64,000 bases of DNA from a virus (lineage: Duplodnaviria; Caudoviricetes). The stretch lies in the IMG/VR virus record IMGVR_UViG_3300045526_000254, positions 27,013-91,012 of that record; one strand, written 5' to 3'. A program made the translations under genes and the position numbers. The stretch's first letter is position 1, and the number at the start of each line of letters is the position of its first letter. This document shows, piece after piece, positions 42,002-51,018 of this stretch. Below the pieces are notes generated by a model, which worked only from the letters and a program-made list of their open reading frames with translations, was not told the DNA's origin and ran no database searches.

Positions 42002-42373
42002 ATGAGATTTGATGAGTTGAATGAAGATAATTATCTTTTATTTGCTATTAAATTTTATAATAATCCTCAATCTTTGACAAGAGAAGACTTTGAGGATGAT
42101 TTAAAACGAATTAAATATGTAAAAAGACTTTTAAAGAGATATAAAAATACTGGTATCTTAAAAGTTCATTTAATTTTAAATCACCTCATAGTCTTATTTA
42201 ATGTTTTTGATGATGCTGCAGTTCCTTTGTTATTTTATAGTTTGGATAAAGATCTTTGGCCGACCATTAAAAGTTTTTTAATTTTTTTAAATCGTTTTCC
42301 CGAATACCCCAAGACTAAAATTCATGATATTCAGGAAGATTTAGAATGTCTTTCTCAATTGCGGACAGTTTAA
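42002..42373 (+). CDS. Conserved T4-like hypothetical protein
   Basis: EDFEDDLKRIKYVKRLL..HLILNHLIVLFNVF. Confidence 0.75.
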   Translation: MRFDELNEDNYLLFAIKFYNNPQSLTREDFEDDLKRIKYVKRLLKRYKNTGILKVHLILNHLIVLFNVFDDAAVPLLFYSLDKDLWPTIKSFLIFLNRFPEYPKTKIHDIQEDLECLSQLRTV

Positions 42374-42579
42374 TGAATAAAATAGATAAATTAATTCAAA
42401 TAGTTAGAGACATAAAAGAAGAAGCAATGGGAGTTGGCGCCATATCTGGACCTACAAATAAAACTGGAGAATCAATAGCTGGTCTTCCCCCAGATAATCC
42501 TCCAGTGCATAAGAGAAAAAAGAGAAAAAAGATGATTTATTTGGGATTAGGATCTCGTAAAAAGTGGATGAATAAATAA
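42373..42579 (+). CDS. Small hypothetical protein
   Basis: Coupled ORF with basic C-terminus. Confidence 0.55.
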   Translation: MNKIDKLIQIVRDIKEEAMGVGAISGPTNKTGESIAGLPPDNPPVHKRKKRKKMIYLGLGSRKKWMNK

Positions 42580-42630
42580 ATTTAACTACTTGAATTATTA
42601 ATTTGGTAATAAAAAAATACATCAAGTAAA

Positions 42631-43077
42631 ATGTTTAATCGAAATACCTCAACAGACACTAAAATTGCTGTTCTTGCAGAACGTCTAACTTCTTATGAGA
42701 TCATGATGAAAAAAATAGATGAAGCTATTCAAATTATGGGTAAAACCAGTCAAAATATTTCAAAAATGTTGGCGGTTCATGAAGAGAAATTAGAGCACAC
42801 AAGTAAAAATGATGAATTGATTATTGACAGAATTAAAAATATTGAATTTAAAAATACTGAGGAATATAATAAGGTAATAGAAAAGTTTGATTCATTGGAA
42901 GAAAAAATAGATAAACGTATAGTAATAGTAGATAAAAGAATTGATGATATAACAAAATTTCGTTGGTTAGTTGTCGGAGCTCTTATAGTAGTATCTTTTG
43001 TATTTTCCCAATCTTCTGTGGTGGTGGACATCTTGACACCCGACCAACAACCTGTTAAGATACAAGCACGACAGTAG
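42631..43077 (+). CDS. Coiled-coil protein with C-terminal TM segment
   Basis: RWLVVGALIVVSFVF; precedes the primase. Confidence 0.65.
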   Translation: MFNRNTSTDTKIAVLAERLTSYEIMMKKIDEAIQIMGKTSQNISKMLAVHEEKLEHTSKNDELIIDRIKNIEFKNTEEYNKVIEKFDSLEEKIDKRIVIVDKRIDDITKFRWLVVGALIVVSFVFSQSSVVVDILTPDQQPVKIQARQ

Positions 43078-43089
43078 TATCTTCTTTTA

Positions 43090-44088
43090 ATGGATTTTAT
43101 TGACTCCAAGTACATTGGATTAATTTCTTCTCGCTTACAAAAATTTAAGAGAATAAAGACGGATCTCTACAATTTCCGTTGCCCTATTTGTGGTGATTCA
43201 CAGAAGAATAAGAATAAAACAAGAGGATATCTTTATCCTGTTAAGAATAATACTAACTTTAAGTGTCATAACTGTGGTGCCAGTTTATCGTTCAATAATT
43301 TTCTAAAAGAGTTAGATCCAATTCTCCATAAGCAATACACGATGGAGAAGTTTAAAGAAGGTCATACTGGTAAAAACTTTGTTGTCGAAGAACCCAAGTT
43401 TAATTTTCAAAAACCTGACTTTTTCACAAAACGTGAAAATTCCAAAACCTTGAAAAAGTTAAACTTACCTAAGGCATCGGAAGTTCCGATTGCTAAAGAG
43501 TATCTGGAAAAACGAAAGATAGATCCGGAAAAATTTTATTTTGCTCATAAATTTAAAGAGTGGACAAATACACAAAAACAAACTTTTGATAAAATTAATC
43601 AAGAGGAATCACGCATAATTATACCATTGTATGACTTTGAAAATAACTTAATCGGATTTCAGGGAAGATCGCTAGTTCAAAAATCTGTTAAATATATTAC
43701 TGTGATGTTGAATGAAAATGCCCCAAAAATTTATGGACTTAATAAAATTAAAAAAGATGAGACCGTTTATATTACAGAAGGACCATTCGATTCAACATTC
43801 ATTTCAAACTCTATTGCTCTTTGTGGTGCTGATGGTGATGTCTCTAAGTGGGGCATTTGCGATTGTGTTTGGGTATATGATAACGAACCACGCAATTCAG
43901 AAATCCACAATCGAATCTCAAAGATTATTGATCATGGAGAAAAAGTAATTATTTGGCCTTCATTTATCGAGCAAAAAGATATTAATGACATGGTGCTCGC
44001 TGGACTTAATATAATGGATGTGTTAGAATCAAATACCTACTCAGGTTTAGAAGCAAAAATTAAGTTTAACAACTGGAAAAAAATATGA
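43090..44088 (+). CDS. gp61: DNA primase
   Basis: CPICGDS, CHNCG, ITEGPFDS, KDINDM. Confidence 0.95.
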   Translation: MDFIDSKYIGLISSRLQKFKRIKTDLYNFRCPICGDSQKNKNKTRGYLYPVKNNTNFKCHNCGASLSFNNFLKELDPILHKQYTMEKFKEGHTGKNFVVEEPKFNFQKPDFFTKRENSKTLKKLNLPKASEVPIAKEYLEKRKIDPEKFYFAHKFKEWTNTQKQTFDKINQEESRIIIPLYDFENNLIGFQGRSLVQKSVKYITVMLNENAPKIYGLNKIKKDETVYITEGPFDSTFISNSIALCGADGDVSKWGICDCVWVYDNEPRNSEIHNRISKIIDHGEKVIIWPSFIEQKDINDMVLAGLNIMDVLESNTYSGLEAKIKFNNWKKI

Positions 44089-46382
44089 GCAACGGAACAA
44101 AAGTTATTAAAAGAAGTGGCAAAACTGAATCTCTTAATCTAAATAAACTCCATGTTATGGTGGAGGAATCTTGTAAAAATCTTGCCGGAGTTTCTGCAAG
44201 TCAGGTTGAAATGCAATCTGGAATTCAATTTTATGATGGTATCACAACGGCAGAAATACAAGAGATTTTAATTCGTTCTGCTTCTGATCTGATAGATTTA
44301 GATCATCCTAATTATCAATTTGTTGCTGCTCGTCTTCTTCTTTTTTCTCTTCGTAAGCAATTGTTTGGGAGAATTTATGATTGTCCCACAGTAAAGCAGC
44401 ATGTCGAGCGTTGTGTTGGAAGAGGTGTATATGATTCAGAAATCCTTTCAATTTATTCCGATGAAGAATTTGAAAAACTTGAGTCTTTTATTGATCATGA
44501 TCGTGACTATCTCTTCACTTATGCAGGTCTACGTCAAGTCGTTGATAAGTACCTTGTGCAGGATAGAAGCAGTGGCGCCCTTTATGAAACGCCACAATTC
44601 ATGTATCTTTTGATTGCAGCAACTGTTTTTTCAAAATATCCAAAAGAAACACGTTTAGATTACGTTAAGAGGTATTATGACGCAATCTCAAAGCACAAAA
44701 TCAACATTCCAACCCCCATCATGGCAGGAGTGCGAACGCCACTTAGACAATACGCTAGTTGTGTTCTTGTTGATGTTGATGACACCCTCCGTAGTATCGA
44801 GTCTAGTGATTCTGCAATTTTTAGGTATGTTGCTCAAAGGGCGGGAATTGGCATCAACGCAGGTAGAATCCGTGGCATCAACAGTAAAATTAGAGGCGGA
44901 GAAGTTGCTCACACAGGTGTTATCCCGTTCCTCAAAAAGTTTGAAGCAACTGTCAGATCTTGCACTCAAAATGGCATACGAGGTGGAAGCGCAACGGTCC
45001 ACTTTCCAATCTGGCACCAAGAAATCGAAGACATTCTAGTATTAAAAAATAACAAAGGAACCGAAGATAATCGTGTTCGTAAGTTAGACTACAGTATCCA
45101 AATCAGCAAACTCTTTTATGAACGATTCATCCGCAACGAAGAGATTTCTCTCTTCTCTCCACATTCAGTTCCAGGTCTTTATGATGCTTTTGGTACTGAT
45201 GGATTTGATGAGTTGTATGTTCGTTATGAACGAGATCAATCTATTCCAAGAAAAACTATCGGTGCTCAAGAACTCTTTTTGGACCTTTTAAAGGAACGTG
45301 CAGAAACAGGTCGCATTTATATTATGAATATCGACCACTGTAACTCACATTCATCTTTCTTAGACAAAGTTGAAATGAGTAATCTCTGCCAGGAGATTAC
45401 ACTTCCCACAAAACCAATTCAGCATATTGATGATCCTGATGGTGAAATTGCACTTTGTATTCTTTCTGCTATTAACGTTGGAAAGTTGAAGTCTAATGAT
45501 GATCTGGAGGCACTGTGCGACCTTTCAGTTCGTTCTTTGGATGAACTGATTGATTTCCAGGGATATCCAGTCAAAGCAGCAGAAATCGCCACCAGAGCGC
45601 GTCGATCTCTTGGAATAGGTTATATTGGATTAGCACACTATCTTGCCAAGCACGGGGTAAAATATGAGGAACAAGAAGCATGGAAATTAGTTCACGATCT
45701 TACTGAGGCATTCCAATATTATTTAATTAGGGCAACGGTTAATCTTGCTAAAGAAAAAGGTGCATGTGAATATTCACATAGAACCAAATATGCACAGGGT
45801 ATTCTCCCGATTGATACCTATAAAAAAGATGTTGACGAAATCGTACCTAACGAACTAAAATATGATTGGGAAGATCTTAGAGCACAGGTCAAGCAATATG
45901 GAGTGCGGAACTCAACATTGTCCGCACAAATGCCTTCGGAGAGCAGTTCCGTTGTGTCAAATGCAACCAACGGGATTGAACCACCTCGCGGATACCTGTC
46001 CGTTAAAAAATCAAAGAAAGGACCTCTCAAGCAGATTGTCCCAGCATATCAACACCTTAAGAATGACTATACGCTTCTTTGGGATATGCCTAGCAATCGT
46101 GGGTATATTCATATTGTTGCAGTTATGCAGAAGTTCTTTGATCAAGCGATTTCTGCAAACGGATCTTATAATCCAGAAAATTACCCAAATAATGAAGTTT
46201 CAGTAACTGAGATTGCTCAAGATGTTCTAAAATGCTACAAATATGGTGTAAAAACTCTATATTATCACAATACTAATGATATGAAGACTGATGAAGATGA
46301 AGAAACAAAATCAGATCTTCAATCACTTCTTAATGAGATTATGAGTTCTGATGAAGATGAATGTGAAAGTTGTAAAATCTGA
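44085..46382 (+). CDS. nrdA: Ribonucleotide reductase alpha subunit (class Ia), uninterrupted
   Basis: ATP cone, PTPIMAG, SNLCQEI, C-terminal CESCKI. Confidence 0.97.
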   Translation: MSNGTKVIKRSGKTESLNLNKLHVMVEESCKNLAGVSASQVEMQSGIQFYDGITTAEIQEILIRSASDLIDLDHPNYQFVAARLLLFSLRKQLFGRIYDCPTVKQHVERCVGRGVYDSEILSIYSDEEFEKLESFIDHDRDYLFTYAGLRQVVDKYLVQDRSSGALYETPQFMYLLIAATVFSKYPKETRLDYVKRYYDAISKHKINIPTPIMAGVRTPLRQYASCVLVDVDDTLRSIESSDSAIFRYVAQRAGIGINAGRIRGINSKIRGGEVAHTGVIPFLKKFEATVRSCTQNGIRGGSATVHFPIWHQEIEDILVLKNNKGTEDNRVRKLDYSIQISKLFYERFIRNEEISLFSPHSVPGLYDAFGTDGFDELYVRYERDQSIPRKTIGAQELFLDLLKERAETGRIYIMNIDHCNSHSSFLDKVEMSNLCQEITLPTKPIQHIDDPDGEIALCILSAINVGKLKSNDDLEALCDLSVRSLDELIDFQGYPVKAAEIATRARRSLGIGYIGLAHYLAKHGVKYEEQEAWKLVHDLTEAFQYYLIRATVNLAKEKGACEYSHRTKYAQGILPIDTYKKDVDEIVPNELKYDWEDLRAQVKQYGVRNSTLSAQMPSESSSVVSNATNGIEPPRGYLSVKKSKKGPLKQIVPAYQHLKNDYTLLWDMPSNRGYIHIVAVMQKFFDQAISANGSYNPENYPNNEVSVTEIAQDVLKCYKYGVKTLYYHNTNDMKTDEDEETKSDLQSLLNEIMSSDEDECESCKI

Positions 46383-46427
46383 TCAGATTAAATATAACAG
46401 TGTGAGTTAGTTTAAAGAAGGAGTTTT

Positions 46428-47609
46428 ATGGATTTTAATTTTAAGACCAGTTCAGAAAAAAAGAATATGATTGAATCAATGACAGTATTCAACTCTCAGG
46501 AAGTTGACACTAAAAAACAACCCATGTTTTTTGGACAACCACTAGGAATTCAAAGATATGATTCTTACAAATATCCAATCTTCGACAAATTAACAACTCA
46601 ACAATTAGGATATTTTTGGAGACCTGAAGAGGTCTCTCTTCAAAAAGACCGTAGTGATTATCAAACACTACGTCCAGAACAAAAGCACATCTTTACAAGT
46701 AACCTGAAGTATCAGGTTATGCTCGATTCAGTTCAAGGAAGAGGACCTGGTATGGCATTTGCGCCTTACTGTTCTCTTCCTGAACTGGAAGCGTGTATGA
46801 AAGTATGGGAGTTTATGGAAATGATTCACTCCAGATCATACACTTATATTATTAAAAATATTTATTCAGACCCATCTGATGTTTTTGATACGATTCTGAA
46901 AGATGATCGTATTCTAGAACGTGCCATGAGTGTTACGCAAGCATACAACGATTTTATCAATAGCGCACATCGTTATGATAATTCTGACGAATGGGTTCAC
47001 GCTTTGGAAAATGTTCCTTATGCACAAGAGGCAAGATATGAACTCAAACGCAAACTCTTTAGAGCAGTTGCAAATGTTAATATTCTTGAAGGTATTCGCT
47101 TTTACGTCAGTTTTGCTTGCAGTTTTGCATTTGGCGAACTCAAGCTTATGGAAGGAAGTGCAAAAATCATCTCATTAATTGCCAGAGATGAGAATCAGCA
47201 TCTTGTCATCACTCAAAATATTATGAATAAGTGGAAAGAAGGTGATGATCCAGAGATGGCACGTATCAGTAAAGAGGAAGAACATTGGGTCTATAAGACC
47301 TTTGAGAGTGCAGTCAATCAAGAAAAACTTTGGGCAGAGTATCTGTTCAAGGACGGTTCTATGATTGGTCTAAATGACAAACTGTTACAGCAGTACGTTG
47401 AATGGATTGCAAACCGTAGAATGAAGGCAATTGGTTTGAAACCACTTTATGATATTCCAGCAAAAAACAATCCACTTCCATGGACGGAACATTGGATTTC
47501 CTCTAAGGGACTTCAAGTTGCTCCCCAAGAGACGGAAATCGAAAGTTATATTATTGGTGGAATTAAACAAGATGTAAAATCCGATACTTTTTCTGATTTT
47601 AAATTATGA
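46428..47609 (+). CDS. nrdB: Ribonucleotide reductase beta subunit
   Basis: FWRPEEV, EMIHSRSY, LEGIRFY, RDENQH. Confidence 0.97.
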   Translation: MDFNFKTSSEKKNMIESMTVFNSQEVDTKKQPMFFGQPLGIQRYDSYKYPIFDKLTTQQLGYFWRPEEVSLQKDRSDYQTLRPEQKHIFTSNLKYQVMLDSVQGRGPGMAFAPYCSLPELEACMKVWEFMEMIHSRSYTYIIKNIYSDPSDVFDTILKDDRILERAMSVTQAYNDFINSAHRYDNSDEWVHALENVPYAQEARYELKRKLFRAVANVNILEGIRFYVSFACSFAFGELKLMEGSAKIISLIARDENQHLVITQNIMNKWKEGDDPEMARISKEEEHWVYKTFESAVNQEKLWAEYLFKDGSMIGLNDKLLQQYVEWIANRRMKAIGLKPLYDIPAKNNPLPWTEHWISSKGLQVAPQETEIESYIIGGIKQDVKSDTFSDFKL

Positions 47610-47665
47610 TATAAGACTGAAGTTGAATTTTATATAAATAATTATAACTCTACTTCAGTTTTAAA

Positions 47666-48184
47666 ATGAATGATTATATTCTTTACTATTACTTAAGGGA
47701 GGACTTTTGTTCTCCCTTTTATGTTGGTTATGGAAAACCAAGAAGATTACACGCAAAACATCTTAGAAGTAACGGAGCGAACTTACTTCCACCAAAAGAA
47801 AGAAGGTGGATTGTAAAATCTGGGTTATCAAAAGAAGAAGCAATAGAACTTGAGATCAAACATATAGCACTCTGGAAAAGAGAATGTGATGGTGGAGTTT
47901 TATTAAATCAAAATCTTGGTGGTGAAGGAAAACCAGGAGGACAAAGAACAAAGGGGTTTAGTGGAAGAAAACATAGTGAAGAAAGTAAAAGGAAAACATC
48001 ATTAAAAGTTTCTGGTAAAAACAACCCAAAGGCAAAAAAATATATTTTTATTTCTCCAGAAGGTAAAAAATATATTATTGAGGGTGGAGTTAAAAAATTC
48101 TGCAAAGAAATAGGAATAACCTATGATTCTGTTCTCGGTAAAAAAAGTAAAAACACAAAAGGATGGACTATAAATGAACCCTAA
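47666..48184 (+). CDS. GIY-YIG-like homing endonuclease with NUMOD3
   Basis: YILYYY..PFYVGYG, LLNQNLGGEG, KHSEESKRK. Confidence 0.82.
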   Translation: MNDYILYYYLREDFCSPFYVGYGKPRRLHAKHLRSNGANLLPPKERRWIVKSGLSKEEAIELEIKHIALWKRECDGGVLLNQNLGGEGKPGGQRTKGFSGRKHSEESKRKTSLKVSGKNNPKAKKYIFISPEGKKYIIEGGVKKFCKEIGITYDSVLGKKSKNTKGWTINEP

Positions 48185-48320
48185 AATACTCAAAGATGAT
48201 TCCAATTATGATGAATGGTGCGAACAAGAAATTCTGAACGCCTATAAAGAAGCGGCAGAATGTGATGAATTTCTGTTCGGGGATTATGATTATAAAAAAG
48301 AATGGTTAGAGGGTTCTTGA
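48174..48320 (+). CDS. Small acidic protein (48 aa)
   Basis: Hand-translated MNPKILKDDSNYDEWCEQEILNAY... Confidence 0.55.
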   Translation: MNPKILKDDSNYDEWCEQEILNAYKEAAECDEFLFGDYDYKKEWLEGS

Positions 48321-48367
48321 GACCCTCTTTTTTTATAAATAAATTCATAGAAAATAAAAGAAAAAAA

Positions 48368-49786
48368 ATGTCTAGAATTACTGGATCTGATGCTCTCGGT
48401 TTGATGGAAGCATATGCTGCTGTTTATGCTCCACAAGAAATCACCGAAGAGCAAGTTTGGGAAGAAGTTGAAGCATGGGTAAATTCACTTGTAGAGGAAG
48501 GTTATGACTTGAGTGAGTACACTTGGGAAGATATGTATGAAGAGTATTTGAATGAAGCACCAATTCGCTATTCAACCGGTCCAACCGCTGCCGATCTTCA
48601 AAGACAAAGAGCACAAGCATCTACAAGACCTGCACAGAATCTTCGTGGACTTACAGTTGGCCCTGGTGGATTTAATATTAATGGTAGACCAGTTCAATCT
48701 GGAATGTCTCCTATTTTCCAGAGACCTGGACAACCGGCACCTACAAGACCTACTGCTGCTCCAGCACCTGCGGCAAGACCATCAACAAGTGCTCCAACTA
48801 GATCAGAACCGTTATGGGGAGGCGGTGGATCTCCATCAAGACCAGCACCTGCGTCAAGACCATCAACAAGTGCTCCAACTAGATCAGAACCCTTATGGGG
48901 AGGCGGTGGATCTCCATCAAGACCTGCTGCTGCTCCTGCAAGACCATCAACAAGTGCTCCAACTAGATCAGAACCCTTATGGGGAGGCGGTGGATCTCCA
49001 TCAAGACCTGCTGCTGCTCCTGCAAGACCTTCCATTTCTTCATCGGTTTCAGATCTTCAAGCCATGAGAGCTGCTTCATTAATGAGACAGCAAAATAGAT
49101 CTTTACCGGGAGTTGCAATTCCTACAGGATCTGATATTCAATCTTTACAGGCAAAGGCTAGAGCATCTGCACCACAATCACTAGGATCTGTTCCGGTACA
49201 AAATAGAACTACAACTGCATTTTCTCCATCTATGGGAAATCTTGCGGCAAGACCTACGGCAACTGCTCCTGTTATGGCATCTAGATCTACAACTCCAGCA
49301 AGAAGACCAGTCACACCAACTAGAGCACCAATTCTTCAAAGAGCACATTTTGATCCATTCGATATCGTGATGGGTCATCTAATTGATGAAGGTTATGCTG
49401 AGAATGAAGAAGCGGCAGCGGTGATTATGGCAAATATGAGTGTGGAGTGGAGAGATGAAATTGTTGAAGAAATACTTGATGAAGCAAATAAAGCAGAGAA
49501 GATGCTTGGTTTAACTTCAAGAGAACGTTCAAGAGCAAGAAATCTTAATCAATACACAGATAAACCCATATTTTATAAGAGAACTAAAAGAGGTAGAGGT
49601 GACAACAGTGATCCACTTCTAAACAAAGCACACAAAGAAATGTCTGCAAAGAGACAAGCATCTCATAAAGCAGGAAGACATCTTAGAGGTGATACTGGAG
49701 AATCTGGTAATGTGGTAAAATCACGTTATCAAGCAAATAAAAATCATGAAAATGGTTATCCATCAATTAGAAGAGTTGATACCTAA
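48368..49786 (+). CDS. Late modular protein with P/R/A-rich repeats
   Basis: Late promoter 48334; EEGYDLSEYTW and EGYA modules; start MSRITG. Confidence 0.8.
   Translation: MSRITGSDALGLMEAYAAVYAPQEITEEQVWEEVEAWVNSLVEEGYDLSEYTWEDMYEEYLNEAPIRYSTGPTAADLQRQRAQASTRPAQNLRGLTVGPGGFNINGRPVQSGMSPIFQRPGQPAPTRPTAAPAPAARPSTSAPTRSEPLWGGGGSPSRPAPASRPSTSAPTRSEPLWGGGGSPSRPAAAPARPSTSAPTRSEPLWGGGGSPSRPAAAPARPSISSSVSDLQAMRAASLMRQQNRSLPGVAIPTGSDIQSLQAKARASAPQSLGSVPVQNRTTTAFSPSMGNLAARPTATAPVMASRSTTPARRPVTPTRAPILQRAHFDPFDIVMGHLIDEGYAENEEAAAVIMANMSVEWRDEIVEEILDEANKAEKMLGLTSRERSRARNLNQYTDKPIFYKRTKRGRGDNSDPLLNKAHKEMSAKRQASHKAGRHLRGDTGESGNVVKSRYQANKNHENGYPSIRRVDT
48764..49030 (+). repeat. 81-84-bp tandem repeat x3 (ARPSTSAPTRSEPLWGGGGSPSRP)
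   Basis: Near-identical nucleotide units. Confidence 0.93.
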
Positions 49787-49857
49787 AAATAACATATCCA
49801 AAAGAAGGGTCTAAACAACCCTCTTTTTTATAAATAACTAAAAAGTAAGAAAGAAAC

Positions 49858-50976
49858 ATGAAGTCTTTTAGTCAGTTTTTGCAAGAGTCATATTTGAATG
49901 AAGAAGAAGCAAAACAACTTAGATTGTTAACAAAAGATGATAAAGCTAAAGATTTTACAAAATCTGGAACTGGAAAAGGTAGAGTTCCTTTTCCCTCTTA
50001 TGATCCAGTAAAATCTGGAACTAAGACTGGAGCAACTCCTCCAAATAGACCTGCAAGTGGGTTTGGAGGTCAATCTCCAGGTCAAATGCAAATTCCAGGA
50101 ACTAATGTTGGTAGACCTGGTGATGCGGCTAGAAATGAAGCAGAAATTGCACAAAGGAAAGCTGCAGAAAGAAAAGCAATTCAATCTTCAGGATCTTCAG
50201 GATCTTCAGGATCTTCAGGATCTTCAGGATCTTCAGGATCTTCTGGAGGAAAACCACCAACACGTCCAAAACCAGAAACAAAACCAAAATTAAAAGTTCC
50301 ATCTGGAGTTGGAAAAGCATTAAAAGTTACTGGTAGAGTTCTTGGACCTGCTGCTGCAGCACTTGATGCTGCTGATGAAGGATCAAAAGGATCTGGATGG
50401 GCAAGATCGCTCGCCAAAGGTGCTGTAGTCGCTGCTGGAGGTGCTTTAGGTGGTGCTGCTGGTAGTGCTGCAGGTCCAGTTGGATCAATTGGAGGTGCAA
50501 CAGCAGGATCAATAGCAGCATCCAAGGCATTTGATGTTGCTGCCGGTGCTAATGCAAAAGAAAGAAAAAGAATGGAAACAGCAAATCGCCAACGTCAGGG
50601 AGGATCTGCTATTAAAGGTATTGGCGGACAAACAACCTTTAGTCAGAAAAAACCAGGTGGTCCAGCATTTATGTCAACTGGATCTGGTTCTCAAAGAAGA
50701 ACTGCCCAACTTGCTAAAACTGGTGTGGTACAAAGAGGTGGGCAATCAGTTGCAGGACACCTTGCATTTAAAGGTGGTAAAGCAGTTTATAAAGCAGGCC
50801 CAAGTGCCCAATCACTTGCTAAAACTTCTTCAAATGCATTAGAAAGAATTGGAAGAAGTTTATTTTCTGGTGCTTATGTCAAGCATGATAAGGCAAAAGC
50901 ACAACAGGCACTTGTAAAAGCAAGAGCAAATGATGCTGCTCGCAATAAAAAACTTGGAGTAGTAAAGGGTAAGTGA
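49858..50976 (+). CDS. Late Gly/Ala/Lys-rich protein with MKSFSQFLQE N-terminus and glycine-zipper segment
   Basis: Late promoter 49829; AAGGALGGAAGSAAGPVG. Confidence 0.75.
   Translation: MKSFSQFLQESYLNEEEAKQLRLLTKDDKAKDFTKSGTGKGRVPFPSYDPVKSGTKTGATPPNRPASGFGGQSPGQMQIPGTNVGRPGDAARNEAEIAQRKAAERKAIQSSGSSGSSGSSGSSGSSGSSGGKPPTRPKPETKPKLKVPSGVGKALKVTGRVLGPAAAALDAADEGSKGSGWARSLAKGAVVAAGGALGGAAGSAAGPVGSIGGATAGSIAASKAFDVAAGANAKERKRMETANRQRQGGSAIKGIGGQTTFSQKKPGGPAFMSTGSGSQRRTAQLAKTGVVQRGGQSVAGHLAFKGGKAVYKAGPSAQSLAKTSSNALERIGRSLFSGAYVKHDKAKAQQALVKARANDAARNKKLGVVKGK
50185..50247 (+). repeat. 9-bp microsatellite (tcttcagga, SSG) x6-7
   Basis: Direct inspection. Confidence 0.95.
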
Positions 50977-51018
50977 TTTTTATAAATACCTTTATAAAAA
51001 GGTATTAAATTTATAACA

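Noticed and set aside
44085-47609. Introns or inteins in nrdA/nrdB
   Set aside because: Both ORFs are continuous and of normal length; the HEG lies downstream of nrdB
48764-50247. Tandem repeats as a possible CRISPR array
   Set aside because: No unique spacers; in-frame coding repeats
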